64,000 nucleotides of DNA from contig JAVZNE010000003.1 of assembly GCA_038882975.1 (NCBI GenBank), positions 51,985 through 115,984 of the forward strand. Direction: 5' to 3'. Below are positions 20,173 to 30,273 of the stretch, piece after piece. The position numbers and the translations under genes are program-made. Numbering within the stretch: position 1 is the stretch's first letter; each line of letters starts with the position of its first letter. The notes under the pieces were generated by a model. That model did no database searches. It saw only the letters and a list, made by a program, of their open reading frames with translations, and was not told where the DNA came from. The stretch is from Candidatus Bathyarchaeia archaeon. GTDB lineage: Archaea > Thermoproteota > Bathyarchaeia > Bathyarchaeales > Bathycorpusculaceae.

Positions 20173-21420
20173 ATGGTTGAGGAAAATGACATAGTTGAGT
20201 TTCTCAAAGCCCACGGCGGACAAGCCTCCCTAAGCGAGATTGCAGAGGGCTTGGGCATACCAAAGTATGGACCAAAATCCGCCTATGCACTTCTGCAGTC
20301 CCTTAAGAATAAGGGGGTTGTGGAGCGTCGAGGCGAGCTATGGGCGCTCACAGTTGAAGAGGCAAAGCCAAAACCGATAGAGAAGCCAGCGGAAGTCCCA
20401 GCAAAGCCTCCGGAAGCCGTGCAGCCGAAACCCGAAGCCGTCGCTCCAGAAATTGAGAGCCTTGTTAGGGCTATGGCTCAAACGCTTGCAGAAGCCATGA
20501 AAAGTGTCAGGGCACCAGCAGACGAGTGGGAGCTTGCCACAAAACCTATGACAACAAGAATTGAGGAGGGCAAAGAGAAGCTAAGCACACTCGTGCTTAA
20601 ACCAGACGAGGCGATAGAGGCAAAAAAGCCTCTACTAGGCTTTCTGACAGGCACCTTCCTAGACCAGCTCTTCCTAACACCAGACGGAAAAAGCCTTGGA
20701 GGAATCCCAATTTGCGGGCAGTTTGCCATTACCGGTTTGCCCGGGGCTGGAAAATCCATACTTGTTGAAGAGATAGCTGTGAAGGTGGCTGCCTCGGGCA
20801 GAAAGGTTCTTTACGCAACGGCTGAGGACACGTGGAAGAGCGCCACTCCACGTTTTGATTTGCAGTCTAGGCTTAAGCAGAAAGCTGACATTTTAGGCTT
20901 GGATTGGAGTAAGATACGTGAAAATCTCTTTGTTTTGGATACTGTGGCTTATCCTGAGCTCCGTGACTGGAATACTTTCGCGGAGACATATCGCTATGTA
21001 GCCGAAAAAGAGAAGATTGAACTAGCCATAATAGACTCTGTCACTGTGCTGGAGGCCTACCGCGGAGCCCTAAAATACCGTGTCATGGAGTTAGCCCGCT
21101 ACAATCAAGTGCATGGCATAACAGCCCTCTACGTGAACCAGCGAAGCTCAGAAGTTTGGGACAGCTATGATATGGCTGGCGGAATAGGCTTAGCCCACAA
21201 CCTAGACGGAACAATAATAGTGGATTATGGGCGTGTCTACTGGTATGACCAGCAGGTGGATTTGGGCGTTGACAGAGGAGAATTCGTCCGCATAGCCCGC
21301 GTCCTAGACTGTCGCATGTGCAACTTTGAACGCCGCAGAATAAGAGTTGACATAACAAAAGACGGCTTTTTAAGGGCGATAGAGCCCATACCAAAAACCC
21401 CAGAAGCCGAAACAAAGTAG
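20173..21420 (+). CDS. wHTH + single-domain KaiC/RecA-like ATPase (resembles AF_0795/thermo-KaiC family)
   Basis: N-terminal wHTH, Pro/Glu linker, GLPGAGKS, IIDSVT, AGG..AHNLDGTI, DCRMC. Confidence 0.85.
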   Translation: MVEENDIVEFLKAHGGQASLSEIAEGLGIPKYGPKSAYALLQSLKNKGVVERRGELWALTVEEAKPKPIEKPAEVPAKPPEAVQPKPEAVAPEIESLVRAMAQTLAEAMKSVRAPADEWELATKPMTTRIEEGKEKLSTLVLKPDEAIEAKKPLLGFLTGTFLDQLFLTPDGKSLGGIPICGQFAITGLPGAGKSILVEEIAVKVAASGRKVLYATAEDTWKSATPRFDLQSRLKQKADILGLDWSKIRENLFVLDTVAYPELRDWNTFAETYRYVAEKEKIELAIIDSVTVLEAYRGALKYRVMELARYNQVHGITALYVNQRSSEVWDSYDMAGGIGLAHNLDGTIIVDYGRVYWYDQQVDLGVDRGEFVRIARVLDCRMCNFERRRIRVDITKDGFLRAIEPIPKTPEAETK

Positions 21421-21447
21421 CCCTCAGCGTGGCAGTGGTAAAAGTAA

Positions 21448-23244
21448 ATGTCAATAGTTAAGCCGCCAACCATAAAAGAGCTGATAGAGGCCTATGGTTC
21501 GCAGAAGGAGGCTGTCCTCCACCTAATTCAGGCCGGCTTCTCTCCGGAACAAATAGAATGGCAGACTGGCATACCATACTATCTTATACGCTTATACATG
21601 GAGGGGAAAGAGCCCAGAAAAGACATGCCCTTCTCAAAAATGGTTGAGGTTTACGAGCGGCTGGCAGTGCTCCGCGGAAAAAAGGGGAAAGAGACGGAGC
21701 TAGCCAAATTCTTCCAGACATCGGAGCTTTCCCTTGAGGTTAAGGCGCGCCTAGCCTTGGGAACAATAACTGACGAAAGCCTAAAAGTTGGACCCGGATT
21801 GGTAGAGCGAAGCCTAAGCCTGGCCACCGGTGTTTCAAAAAGCGAAGTTAGGAAACTCCTTATTGATTATGGGGAGCATGGTGAGGTAGCTTATCTCCTT
21901 AAAAAGCCTTCAGAGCCAAAACTTTTCGTAAATGAGGTTTATGAGGCGATTAGGCTTCTTCCAAGACTTAAAGGCGTTAAGGAACGCGAACTCTACGTTG
22001 CAAGCCTTCTGCGGGCTGCAACGCCACAGGAGGCAAAATACATTGTTCGGTTTTTATTGGGCGATTTGAAGCTTGGCTACTATGCAAGCACAGTCATGAG
22101 GGCTGCGGCGAGAGCCTACCAAGTTCCGGTGGAGCTAATCCAAAACGCTTGCGCCATAATGGGTATAGCTGAAGGAATAAGCCTAGCCTCTGAAGGGCTG
22201 CCAAAACTGGCAGAGGTGAAAATGCGTCCCGGGCAGTTTATAAGACCTCAGCTAGCCCATCTATACGAGCCGGACAAAGTCGTTTACCCAGTTAGAGCTG
22301 AATATAAAATTGATGGAAGCCGCCTCCAAATCCACAGGTGGGGAACCCAAACATGGATTTTCTCACGACGTGGAGTTGAAAAGTCGCAGACGCTGCCGGA
22401 AATTGTGGAAATAGCCAAGAAATTTAATGCCCAAAGCTGCATTGTGGACGGCGAAGTCTTAGCCATAGACCAGAATGGTAAACCCTTGCCCTTCCAAGTC
22501 ATGCTAGAAAGAACTGTGCCAAGGGAACTGACACCGGAAGAGCTTGCAGAAAGGATGGAAAAAGTTCAAGTCACGTATAGAGCCTTCGACATCCTCTTTC
22601 TTAATGGACGAGAACTCACCGGCTTGCCACTTTATGAGAGACGCAAATACCTAATGGAAGTTGTCCCACCAGAATATCTCGCAGAGGGCGTTGAGTGCCA
22701 AAATGAGGTTGAGCTTATGCGCTTCTACGATGAAGCCCTAAAGAAAGGCTTCGAGGGTATAGTTGTGAAAGACCTAAATGCGCCATACGAGATTGGACAG
22801 CGCACCTACACGTGGCTTAAGCTGAAACCAGAACGCGACACAATAGACTGCACAATAATAAAAGCCCTATACGGAAAGGGAAGACGCGCAGGCTTATACT
22901 CATCCTTCCTCTTAGCGGTTCGAGATCCAAAAGAAAAGAGACTTTACACGATTGGGAAAGTTTCAAACTTGCCGGAGCAAACCATGGACGCGCTCAGGAC
23001 GGTCGTTGAAAGGACAAAAACGGGCGAGGATGAGGAAGGCGTTTACGTGAAACCAACAGTTGTTGCGGAGGTAACGTATCAAGAGATTCAGGAGACAGAC
23101 GAATACACAAGTGGATACGCTCTAAGGGTGCCAAAAATCGTCCGCTTCAGAACCGACAAAACCGTAGAGGAAATAGACACCTTTGATAAGCTTAAGAAGC
23201 TTTATGAGCTGCAGTATGAACGCTACCCAATGCAGTCCATCTAA
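21448..23244 (+). CDS. ATP-dependent DNA ligase with N-terminal HTH-like extension
   Basis: Motif I EYKIDG, VDGEV, AFDIL, EGIVVK, WLKLK, OB fold LRVPKIVRFRTDK. Confidence 0.93.
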   Translation: MSIVKPPTIKELIEAYGSQKEAVLHLIQAGFSPEQIEWQTGIPYYLIRLYMEGKEPRKDMPFSKMVEVYERLAVLRGKKGKETELAKFFQTSELSLEVKARLALGTITDESLKVGPGLVERSLSLATGVSKSEVRKLLIDYGEHGEVAYLLKKPSEPKLFVNEVYEAIRLLPRLKGVKERELYVASLLRAATPQEAKYIVRFLLGDLKLGYYASTVMRAAARAYQVPVELIQNACAIMGIAEGISLASEGLPKLAEVKMRPGQFIRPQLAHLYEPDKVVYPVRAEYKIDGSRLQIHRWGTQTWIFSRRGVEKSQTLPEIVEIAKKFNAQSCIVDGEVLAIDQNGKPLPFQVMLERTVPRELTPEELAERMEKVQVTYRAFDILFLNGRELTGLPLYERRKYLMEVVPPEYLAEGVECQNEVELMRFYDEALKKGFEGIVVKDLNAPYEIGQRTYTWLKLKPERDTIDCTIIKALYGKGRRAGLYSSFLLAVRDPKEKRLYTIGKVSNLPEQTMDALRTVVERTKTGEDEEGVYVKPTVVAEVTYQEIQETDEYTSGYALRVPKIVRFRTDKTVEEIDTFDKLKKLYELQYERYPMQSI

Positions 23245-23274
23245 CACAAAAGTGCTGACTGCAGATTTTGGCTT

Positions 23275-23790
23275 TTAGAAAAGCTGCCTTATTGGAGAGT
23301 ATTGTTGGATAAAATCAATGTTTGCCTTACTCCGCTTTTGGTCGCTGCGGGTTCCAATGGCGATTTCTATAAACTCTTTTAAGGTTTGGTTTGTAAACTC
23401 CCATGTTGGTCTTCCGTAGATTATTCCAGTGCATGTGGAGTCAGCATATACATATAGCGCTTTCCCACCATAGAGATATAGGGCTTCTTTTGCGTATCCG
23501 AATTTTGGGGCGGCCAAAATTTTGAAGGGCCAAAGCTTACATGCTGCTGGCTTCATATGTTGCAGTCCACACAGGTACATGTCCGCCATCTTGTAGAGAA
23601 ATATGCACGAGCCATCCGTTTTTCTCCTTAGATAAAGTTTATTTAAGCCCGAAACTGTTGTTTCAACACCGTAGTTTTTTACTATCTTTAACCATTCTTG
23701 GAAGTTTAAGACTACGCTGTAGACTTTGCAGCACAAGCCGCAAGTGTTGCATTTCCAGTCTGCGATGTACTGCCATGGAATAAACAGCAT
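23275..23790 (-). CDS. YkgJ-family Cys-cluster (CxxCxxCC) protein
   Basis: CNTCGLCC ... CIFL ... KPAACKLWPF. Confidence 0.88.
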   Translation of the reverse strand: MLFIPWQYIADWKCNTCGLCCKVYSVVLNFQEWLKIVKNYGVETTVSGLNKLYLRRKTDGSCIFLYKMADMYLCGLQHMKPAACKLWPFKILAAPKFGYAKEALYLYGGKALYVYADSTCTGIIYGRPTWEFTNQTLKEFIEIAIGTRSDQKRSKANIDFIQQYSPIRQLF

Positions 23791-24006
23791 GCTCAGGGCA
23801 CCAACGACTTCTATCAATTTTGGATGAAATGAACGACCATTAAAGGTTTATGCAGCATTCTAAAACATGAAACAAGTATGCAGCACTTACATGCTTCTAA
23901 GATGATAGTCAACAAAATTTTCACTAAACATCTAGAAAGGCTATTTGCATTGGTTGTTTTTGGCTTTAAAAAATTTTTTACCTATCTAACCGCTTAATGT
24001 TGGCTG

Positions 24007-25923
24007 GTGAAACATGTGGGGCTTTCGCCTTTAAGCAATGCCATCAAGCGGACTTGCAATGTGCTTAAAATCGGGGCTTCCGTGCAAGTTTTAGACTATG
24101 AGCAGCGCTTCTCTTGCTTAAAAAACTTTTATGAAAGTCTCCTTTCAAGCCTTGTTAAAATGGGCTTCGACACGAGGGAAGCTTATCAAACTGCAATGGA
24201 GTTTTTTGGGTCTTCTTCTGTGCGTTTTGCTGGCATAGACGGAACCATGTATTCGCGTCCACTTTTCGATCTTGTAGTTTTCTTCGGAGGCGCCTACGCC
24301 TCAACAGGAACAATAACCTTCCACGAGGATAAGCCGCCCACAGTCAAGTATGATGAGCGAACCGCTAAACATGGCGCGGGCATTTCCAGTGTAGTGCCCA
24401 TTTACGTTAACGAGATTCCAGATGTGGATCAAACCTTTTTTGAGGTTTCGGAGCCCGGTGAGGTTAGTCTTGGAAAACCGCTTACCGAAGAATCAATAAT
24501 AAACAATGCTACGGTCGCCAACTGGATTATGACCTTCGCCGAGTATTATTTGGCTTACAAGCTTGCTGCAGAATTCGAACAAAATGTTCGAATAATAATT
24601 TTGGACAGAAGCTTATCCATTGAAAGGGCAAGCCTCCTCTACGACACTTCGAAGCGTGCCTTGTGGGAGGCAAAAAGCAACATTTTAGGCTACAAGGTAG
24701 ATGGGGAACCTATAGACGTCAACGAATTAACTATAGCGCGGCATTTCGTCTGCAACCAGTGTTTAGGCTTGCCTCCTCCAAGGGCGGACTATCTGCGCCA
24801 TGCCATAATAGACCTGCTCAGAAGGAGAGGCGCCTTGCCTAAAAGGCAGATTCTGGAGGAATTTGACATAAAAGATGAAAAACGGGCGAAAAGGGTTGAA
24901 CGCGCCTTAAAAAGCCTTGTGGAAAAGGGCTTTTTAACTGAGAGAGGCGAAAATTACGTCTTAAACCAGAAATATGCTTTGACATGGGAGCGCGTTAAAA
25001 AACTGGTTGTGAGCATAGGTGACAAGCTCTTTTTCGCGGAAAACCCGGAAACAGCAAACCTGATGAAAATAGTTAAAGATGGAAAGGAGCATTGGCTCAC
25101 AACCCTAGACATCGCCTTTTTAACTCTTTTCACGTTGCACATGCTGATGGAGGAATGCTGGAAGCGACACATACTCCTAATAGGCGTCACAAAAGACACG
25201 GCAGCAAGAGACTTCAAACGTCAACTTATCCCAATAATGGGCAACAACGACCTACTAAACACCAACATTACAAGAGAAGAATTGGAAAAGCTGCCAAACA
25301 CAGACCGCATGATCCTCCAATCAGCCAGCATTCTAAACGCGGGCAAGATAACGCCTCCATGGAGCCTGATAGAGTATGACTCAGCCTTCAGAACAATGGT
25401 GCCAGATAAACAAAACCGAAAGGGCTACGTTTCAGGTGCAATAAAAAATAAGATAGGATTGGAAAAAGTCTTCTTAAAGACCTATGTGCAGCTAGGCCAG
25501 GCAAAAACGGACCCGATGCTTAGAAGTAATGTGCTCCTCGTAGATCGCCTCGTCTACCCAGAATACGATTATAAGCCTGAAACAGTTGTGGAGTTTTGGA
25601 ACGAGTTAAGCGACGGAACAAGGGAGCCTGTGGAAGTAATCCTGTACATAGACAAAAACGTGCCAAATAAGCTACAAAACCTAACCATGAACGTCTTGGT
25701 GGCCATGGCACCGTCAAACATTCCAGAAGCCTTCGGGCACAATACACCACTATTCATTGCGGACAAAATTGCCAAGTGGAACTACAGCCAATTCAAACGC
25801 GTTGTGGATACAACCGCTGAGTGGATTCTCAATAACCATAAATTGAGAAAGTTCATATTCTATATGAGCACGTTTAGAGAGAGGCGAACAGCCATTGAAG
25901 CCGCAAGAAGAGAACAAATTTAA
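24007..25923 (+). CDS. Divergent NurA-family nuclease with internal wHTH-like insertion
   Basis: AGIDGT, ILDRSLS, GVTKD, GHNTPLFIADK; paired with HerA. Confidence 0.8.
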   Translation: MKHVGLSPLSNAIKRTCNVLKIGASVQVLDYEQRFSCLKNFYESLLSSLVKMGFDTREAYQTAMEFFGSSSVRFAGIDGTMYSRPLFDLVVFFGGAYASTGTITFHEDKPPTVKYDERTAKHGAGISSVVPIYVNEIPDVDQTFFEVSEPGEVSLGKPLTEESIINNATVANWIMTFAEYYLAYKLAAEFEQNVRIIILDRSLSIERASLLYDTSKRALWEAKSNILGYKVDGEPIDVNELTIARHFVCNQCLGLPPPRADYLRHAIIDLLRRRGALPKRQILEEFDIKDEKRAKRVERALKSLVEKGFLTERGENYVLNQKYALTWERVKKLVVSIGDKLFFAENPETANLMKIVKDGKEHWLTTLDIAFLTLFTLHMLMEECWKRHILLIGVTKDTAARDFKRQLIPIMGNNDLLNTNITREELEKLPNTDRMILQSASILNAGKITPPWSLIEYDSAFRTMVPDKQNRKGYVSGAIKNKIGLEKVFLKTYVQLGQAKTDPMLRSNVLLVDRLVYPEYDYKPETVVEFWNELSDGTREPVEVILYIDKNVPNKLQNLTMNVLVAMAPSNIPEAFGHNTPLFIADKIAKWNYSQFKRVVDTTAEWILNNHKLRKFIFYMSTFRERRTAIEAARREQI

Positions 25924-27772
25924 CCGCATGTGCTTCACAGACTTCGACGGCAAATTCAGAGCTAGACTAGCCGCCGTTATGCCCCGCTTCTTCGGAGGAG
26001 CGGAAGAATCCAAACTTGCTGGGACAAGTGCTCGCTACAGCTGCCGAATAAAAGTGGAATACCAAAAGGACTTAATGGGACTATTGGAGGAGGGCATGCT
26101 TCTAGCCGTAAAAAACTTTAAACAATCGCTTCTGGATGAGGAACGTTACACGCTTATGGAAATAAGCCGTGTCTGGCCTGAACATTTTGGCCTTAGAGGC
26201 TTGTCGGATCATGGCTATTATCCCATGCAGTTCGAAATCATCGAGCAGTCTGAGGCGGATTGGCAGACGGACGACCGTTCCACTATGATGATTCAGATAG
26301 ACGCCATACCAATAAACTATGATTTGATTATAGGCGGAAACTGCGACTACAAGTTTGTTAAGGGCTTCTCCTACCCCGTAGTGGGCAGCCCAGTCTACGT
26401 CCTAAACAGCGAAATGATAAACCGCATGTACAACCAAAAAATAACCGAAAAGCTCGGCATAGAACCATCTACGGTGGAAGACGCCAGACTTGACCCAAGA
26501 CTCGGCATTGTAAAAATGTTCCAAACAAGCAACACAGTCATCCCAATATACGTTGATTTTGAGAAGCTTGTCCGCTACCACTTTGGTGTTTTCGCTTTCA
26601 CTGGCGGCGGAAAAAGCAATTTAATGTCAAACATTTTGAGGCGTATTCTTCTCCACACGGAAGACGTGAAGGTTGTGGTTTTTGATATAAGCTGCGAATA
26701 CATTTTCTTACTTCTTGACCTTCTCGCAGATGAAAATATACCATCAAAGGTTATTCTGGAACATAGAATAGACTCCATTGAACAGTTCTTCAACTCGGTG
26801 GTTAAACCAAGGGAGTATGAGGCTGACGAAAGAATAAAGTTTGGACTTAAACGCATAATGGAACAGGACAAAGTGGCATTTTACACCAGACCTAAACAGA
26901 AAATTCCAACATACGCCCAATTTCTTGAGGAGCTAAGCGACCAACGGAAAAGTAACACCGACAAACCCCATTACTTAAACGCCATAGACAGAATTCACGA
27001 CGCCATACTTGACTACATGGAAGTGCATGGGCTTAGCGAAAACCAAGAGGTAAGCGAAGACTTCGTCAAATACATAGACGGCGTCTGCACAACCACAATG
27101 GAAGAGTTCAGAGTTCACGACAAAAGCGCGTTATATGCTTGGGCGACAACAAGAACCACCATCCTCGACCAGATAAGGAAACGCCAAGAAGAAATGAAGA
27201 AAGAGACTGGCGGGCTAACAGCAGAAAAGATTAGGGAACTCCTAGAAGGTGACATGCGGCTTGTATGCATTTCCATATCAGACCCAACAACAATAAAAGA
27301 GCTTGTCATAACGTTAACCCACGATTTGCTCATAAGAAGAAAACGCATGTTCCAAGTGAAGCCCTACATCCTCCTAGTCTTCGACGAAGCCCAAGAGTTT
27401 ATACCAGAACTTTCAGGCGCGGCGGGCATAGAAAAGAAATGCAGTAAGCAAGTGGAGACACTGCTCAGACAAGGACGCAAATATGGTTTGGGCGTCTGCA
27501 TTGCAACACAACGCATAGCCTACTTAAACACAAATGCCTTACAACAACTCCACACATACTTCGTTGGCACTTTGCCCCGCCCATACGACCGCGCCCTGAT
27601 AAGCGACACCTTCATGATAGACAAGGGCATACTAGAAAAAACATTGGAATTCGCGCCAGGCGAGTGGCTGCTGTCAAGCTACATAGCCACAGGAATAGAA
27701 AACGTGCCCATATTCATAAAAGCAGACAACGCAGAAAAAGAAATAGAAAAATTCCTGAAAAACGCAGATTAA
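25895..27772 (+). CDS. HerA-family ATPase/translocase
   Basis: HFGVFAFTGGGKSN, VFDISCEY, FDEAQ, RQGRKYG, ATQR; start may be ATG 25928. Confidence 0.9.
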   Translation: MKPQEENKFNRMCFTDFDGKFRARLAAVMPRFFGGAEESKLAGTSARYSCRIKVEYQKDLMGLLEEGMLLAVKNFKQSLLDEERYTLMEISRVWPEHFGLRGLSDHGYYPMQFEIIEQSEADWQTDDRSTMMIQIDAIPINYDLIIGGNCDYKFVKGFSYPVVGSPVYVLNSEMINRMYNQKITEKLGIEPSTVEDARLDPRLGIVKMFQTSNTVIPIYVDFEKLVRYHFGVFAFTGGGKSNLMSNILRRILLHTEDVKVVVFDISCEYIFLLLDLLADENIPSKVILEHRIDSIEQFFNSVVKPREYEADERIKFGLKRIMEQDKVAFYTRPKQKIPTYAQFLEELSDQRKSNTDKPHYLNAIDRIHDAILDYMEVHGLSENQEVSEDFVKYIDGVCTTTMEEFRVHDKSALYAWATTRTTILDQIRKRQEEMKKETGGLTAEKIRELLEGDMRLVCISISDPTTIKELVITLTHDLLIRRKRMFQVKPYILLVFDEAQEFIPELSGAAGIEKKCSKQVETLLRQGRKYGLGVCIATQRIAYLNTNALQQLHTYFVGTLPRPYDRALISDTFMIDKGILEKTLEFAPGEWLLSSYIATGIENVPIFIKADNAEKEIEKFLKNAD

Positions 27773-27776
27773 TAGC

Positions 27777-28739
27777 TTACGCCATTCCGCATTTTTTGAG
27801 GAGTTTTTGCCACCTCTGGTCTGTTATCCGTTGTATTTCATCCAACAGCTTCTCATACTTCGGCGTGAACAAATGTCTGAAACGTCCTTGCACCGCCAAG
27901 TATTCTTTCACTGGCCTTTTCTTTTGGGGTGCCATGGCTATCACTTTGCTTGGTGCTGAAAGTTGGTATTCGCCGTTTACGCATTCCCATAATGGGAAGA
28001 CGCATGTCTCCACCGCCAAGCGGGAAAGCTCTATGGATTTTGCTGGGTCGCTTCTCCAACCTCGGGGACACGGCGCAAAAACGTGGAGAAAGGCTGGTCC
28101 TTCCACTTCTAAGCCTTTGCGCACCTTTGTTATTAGGTCCCGCCAATAGTATGGTGAGGCTGTAGCCACGTATGGGATTTCATGCGCCACCATTATGTCG
28201 GCTATAGGCTTTTTGGGTTCAAGCTTTCCAGGTATGACTTCGCCCGCTGGCGATGTAGTTGTGGATGCGCCTAAGGGTGTTCCGCCGCTTCTCTGTATGC
28301 CAGTGTTCATGTACGCCTCATTATCGTATAGCACAAATAGGAAGTCGTGCCCCCTTTCAACCGCTCCGGAGAGAGCTTGTATGCCGATGTCGTATGTGCC
28401 GCCGTCTCCAGCTATTGCGATAACGTCCACATGCTCATGCTTGATTCTTCCCTTCTTCTTCAGCATTTTTATCGCCGCTTCTATTCCTGAAGCATTTGCT
28501 GCAGCATTCTCAAAGGCTGTGTGGAGCCATGGAACAGCCCAAGAAGTGTAGGGGTAAATTGTTGAGACTACTTCCATGCATCCGGTAGCCTGCGTAACAA
28601 TGGTTGGTCCCCTTAAAGCCTTCATTATTAGCCTCATAACCGTTGCTGGAGCGCAGCCAGCACATGCCCTATGTCCAGACATGAATAGGTCTGGCTTTTC
28701 AGCTATGTCCTTTGCCGTAAACTTCCATTCACTCTGCAC
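27777..28739 (-). CDS. porB: Pyruvate/2-oxoacid:ferredoxin oxidoreductase beta subunit
   Basis: GHRACAGC, GDGGTYDIG, DNEAYMNTGIQ. Confidence 0.95.
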   Translation of the reverse strand: MQSEWKFTAKDIAEKPDLFMSGHRACAGCAPATVMRLIMKALRGPTIVTQATGCMEVVSTIYPYTSWAVPWLHTAFENAAANASGIEAAIKMLKKKGRIKHEHVDVIAIAGDGGTYDIGIQALSGAVERGHDFLFVLYDNEAYMNTGIQRSGGTPLGASTTTSPAGEVIPGKLEPKKPIADIMVAHEIPYVATASPYYWRDLITKVRKGLEVEGPAFLHVFAPCPRGWRSDPAKSIELSRLAVETCVFPLWECVNGEYQLSAPSKVIAMAPQKKRPVKEYLAVQGRFRHLFTPKYEKLLDEIQRITDQRWQKLLKKCGMA

Positions 28740-28751
28740 ATTTTTCGCCTC

Positions 28752-29987
28752 CTACTCCCTTAATCCAACATACTTTACTGGAGTTTCAACACGGTTTTTC
28801 GCAAGAATCTCCTGAAGATCCTTGTATATCATGCGGATTTGCATGGGGCTTGTGTCCCTCCCACCAAGTCCATAAATGTAGTTAACAACGAGTGGCTTCT
28901 CGTCTAAGTCGTAGAGTGCATGGCGAACCTCGTGGAAGACCGCGCCGCCGAAACCTCCGAAACTCATGCTCTTATCCATGACGGCTACCGCCTTAACATG
29001 TTTGAGAGCCTTTTTTATGCCGTCAACTGGCAGTGGTCTGAACGTTCGCATCCGCAATATTCCGGCTTTAACATCTTCCGTTCTAAGTTCGTCCACAACA
29101 GTTTTCACTGTTCCAGCTGTTGAGCCTAGACAGACTATGGCTATTTCAGCATCCTCTAGAAAATATGGGTCAAGCAATCCGTCGCCGTAGCTTCTCCCGC
29201 TGATTTTTGCATATTCGTCGTGTACTTCGCGGATAACTCCCAGCGCGTTTTTCATGGCTTCTTCTTGCTGCCTTTTAAACTCGAAATAGTAGTTTGGAAA
29301 AGCCAAGGGTCCCATAGTCATGGGGTTTTCTGGGTCCAGTTTTAGTGGAGCCATCCTTCCCTCATGGGTTAGCACAGGTGGAAATTGGCGTACGCCAACA
29401 AACTTTTTGACAACTTCGTCTGGAAGGACATTAACATTTTCCACAGAGTGGCTTAGCTGGAATCCATCAAGGCAGACCATGGCTGGCAAAAGCACGTCTG
29501 GGTGTTCTGCTATGCGGAAAGCCTGAATAACAGAGTCGTAAACCTCTTGGGCGTTTTCAGCGTAAATTTGTATCCACCCGCTGTCCCTCTGCGCCATCGT
29601 GTCGGACTGGTCTCCGTGAATGTTTATCGGTGCTGAGAGGGCTCTGTTGGCTATTGCCATAACCACTGGCGCACGGCAGCCGGAAGTCACAAAGAGCATC
29701 TCATGCATAAGTGCCAAACCAGCAGAAGCCGAAGCGGTGAAAGTTCTTGCTCCAGTGAGCGAGGCTGCAAGGCAAGCTGTTAGGGCGCTGTGCTCTGACT
29801 CTGTGCAGACAAAGGCTGTTTCCACCTCACCGTTGGCCACGTACTCACTGAACCTTTCAACAATTATGGTTTGAGGCGTAATGGGGTATGCTGCAACAAC
29901 ATCCACGTCCGACTGCTTAACAGCGTAGGCAACAGCCTCATCCCCGTTTAGGGCTAAAGTCTTCTGCTCAACAATGCTTTTCATCAT
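28752..29987 (-). CDS. porA: Pyruvate/2-oxoacid:ferredoxin oxidoreductase alpha subunit
   Basis: AYPITPQT, ESEHSA, NRALSAP. Confidence 0.95.
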   Translation of the reverse strand: MMKSIVEQKTLALNGDEAVAYAVKQSDVDVVAAYPITPQTIIVERFSEYVANGEVETAFVCTESEHSALTACLAASLTGARTFTASASAGLALMHEMLFVTSGCRAPVVMAIANRALSAPINIHGDQSDTMAQRDSGWIQIYAENAQEVYDSVIQAFRIAEHPDVLLPAMVCLDGFQLSHSVENVNVLPDEVVKKFVGVRQFPPVLTHEGRMAPLKLDPENPMTMGPLAFPNYYFEFKRQQEEAMKNALGVIREVHDEYAKISGRSYGDGLLDPYFLEDAEIAIVCLGSTAGTVKTVVDELRTEDVKAGILRMRTFRPLPVDGIKKALKHVKAVAVMDKSMSFGGFGGAVFHEVRHALYDLDEKPLVVNYIYGLGGRDTSPMQIRMIYKDLQEILAKNRVETPVKYVGLRE

Positions 29988-29994
29988 TTGCACC

Positions 29995-30273
29995 TCACTC
30001 AAGCTTCATTTCTATGGCTTTCGTTGGACACTCGTTGGCGCATATCCCGCAGCCCTTACAGAAGTTGTAGTCAAATTCTATGTCCTCCTTTTCAGCCTTC
30101 CAGTGGATTGCCCCGTCTGGACAGAATATGGCACACAACAAACATTTTGTGCACTTCTCCAAGTCTCGAATAGGCTTGTAGGTTTTCCAGTCTCCTGTTG
30201 GGAAATCTGTGTTGGGCTTCCAGCATATGGCGGCTATGGAAATTTCCTTCCAACCCTTCTCTTGGGACGTCAT
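29995..30273 (-). CDS. porD: POR delta subunit (2x[4Fe-4S])
   Basis: CTKCLLCAIFCP and CKGCGICANECP. Confidence 0.95.
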   Translation of the reverse strand: MTSQEKGWKEISIAAICWKPNTDFPTGDWKTYKPIRDLEKCTKCLLCAIFCPDGAIHWKAEKEDIEFDYNFCKGCGICANECPTKAIEMKLE

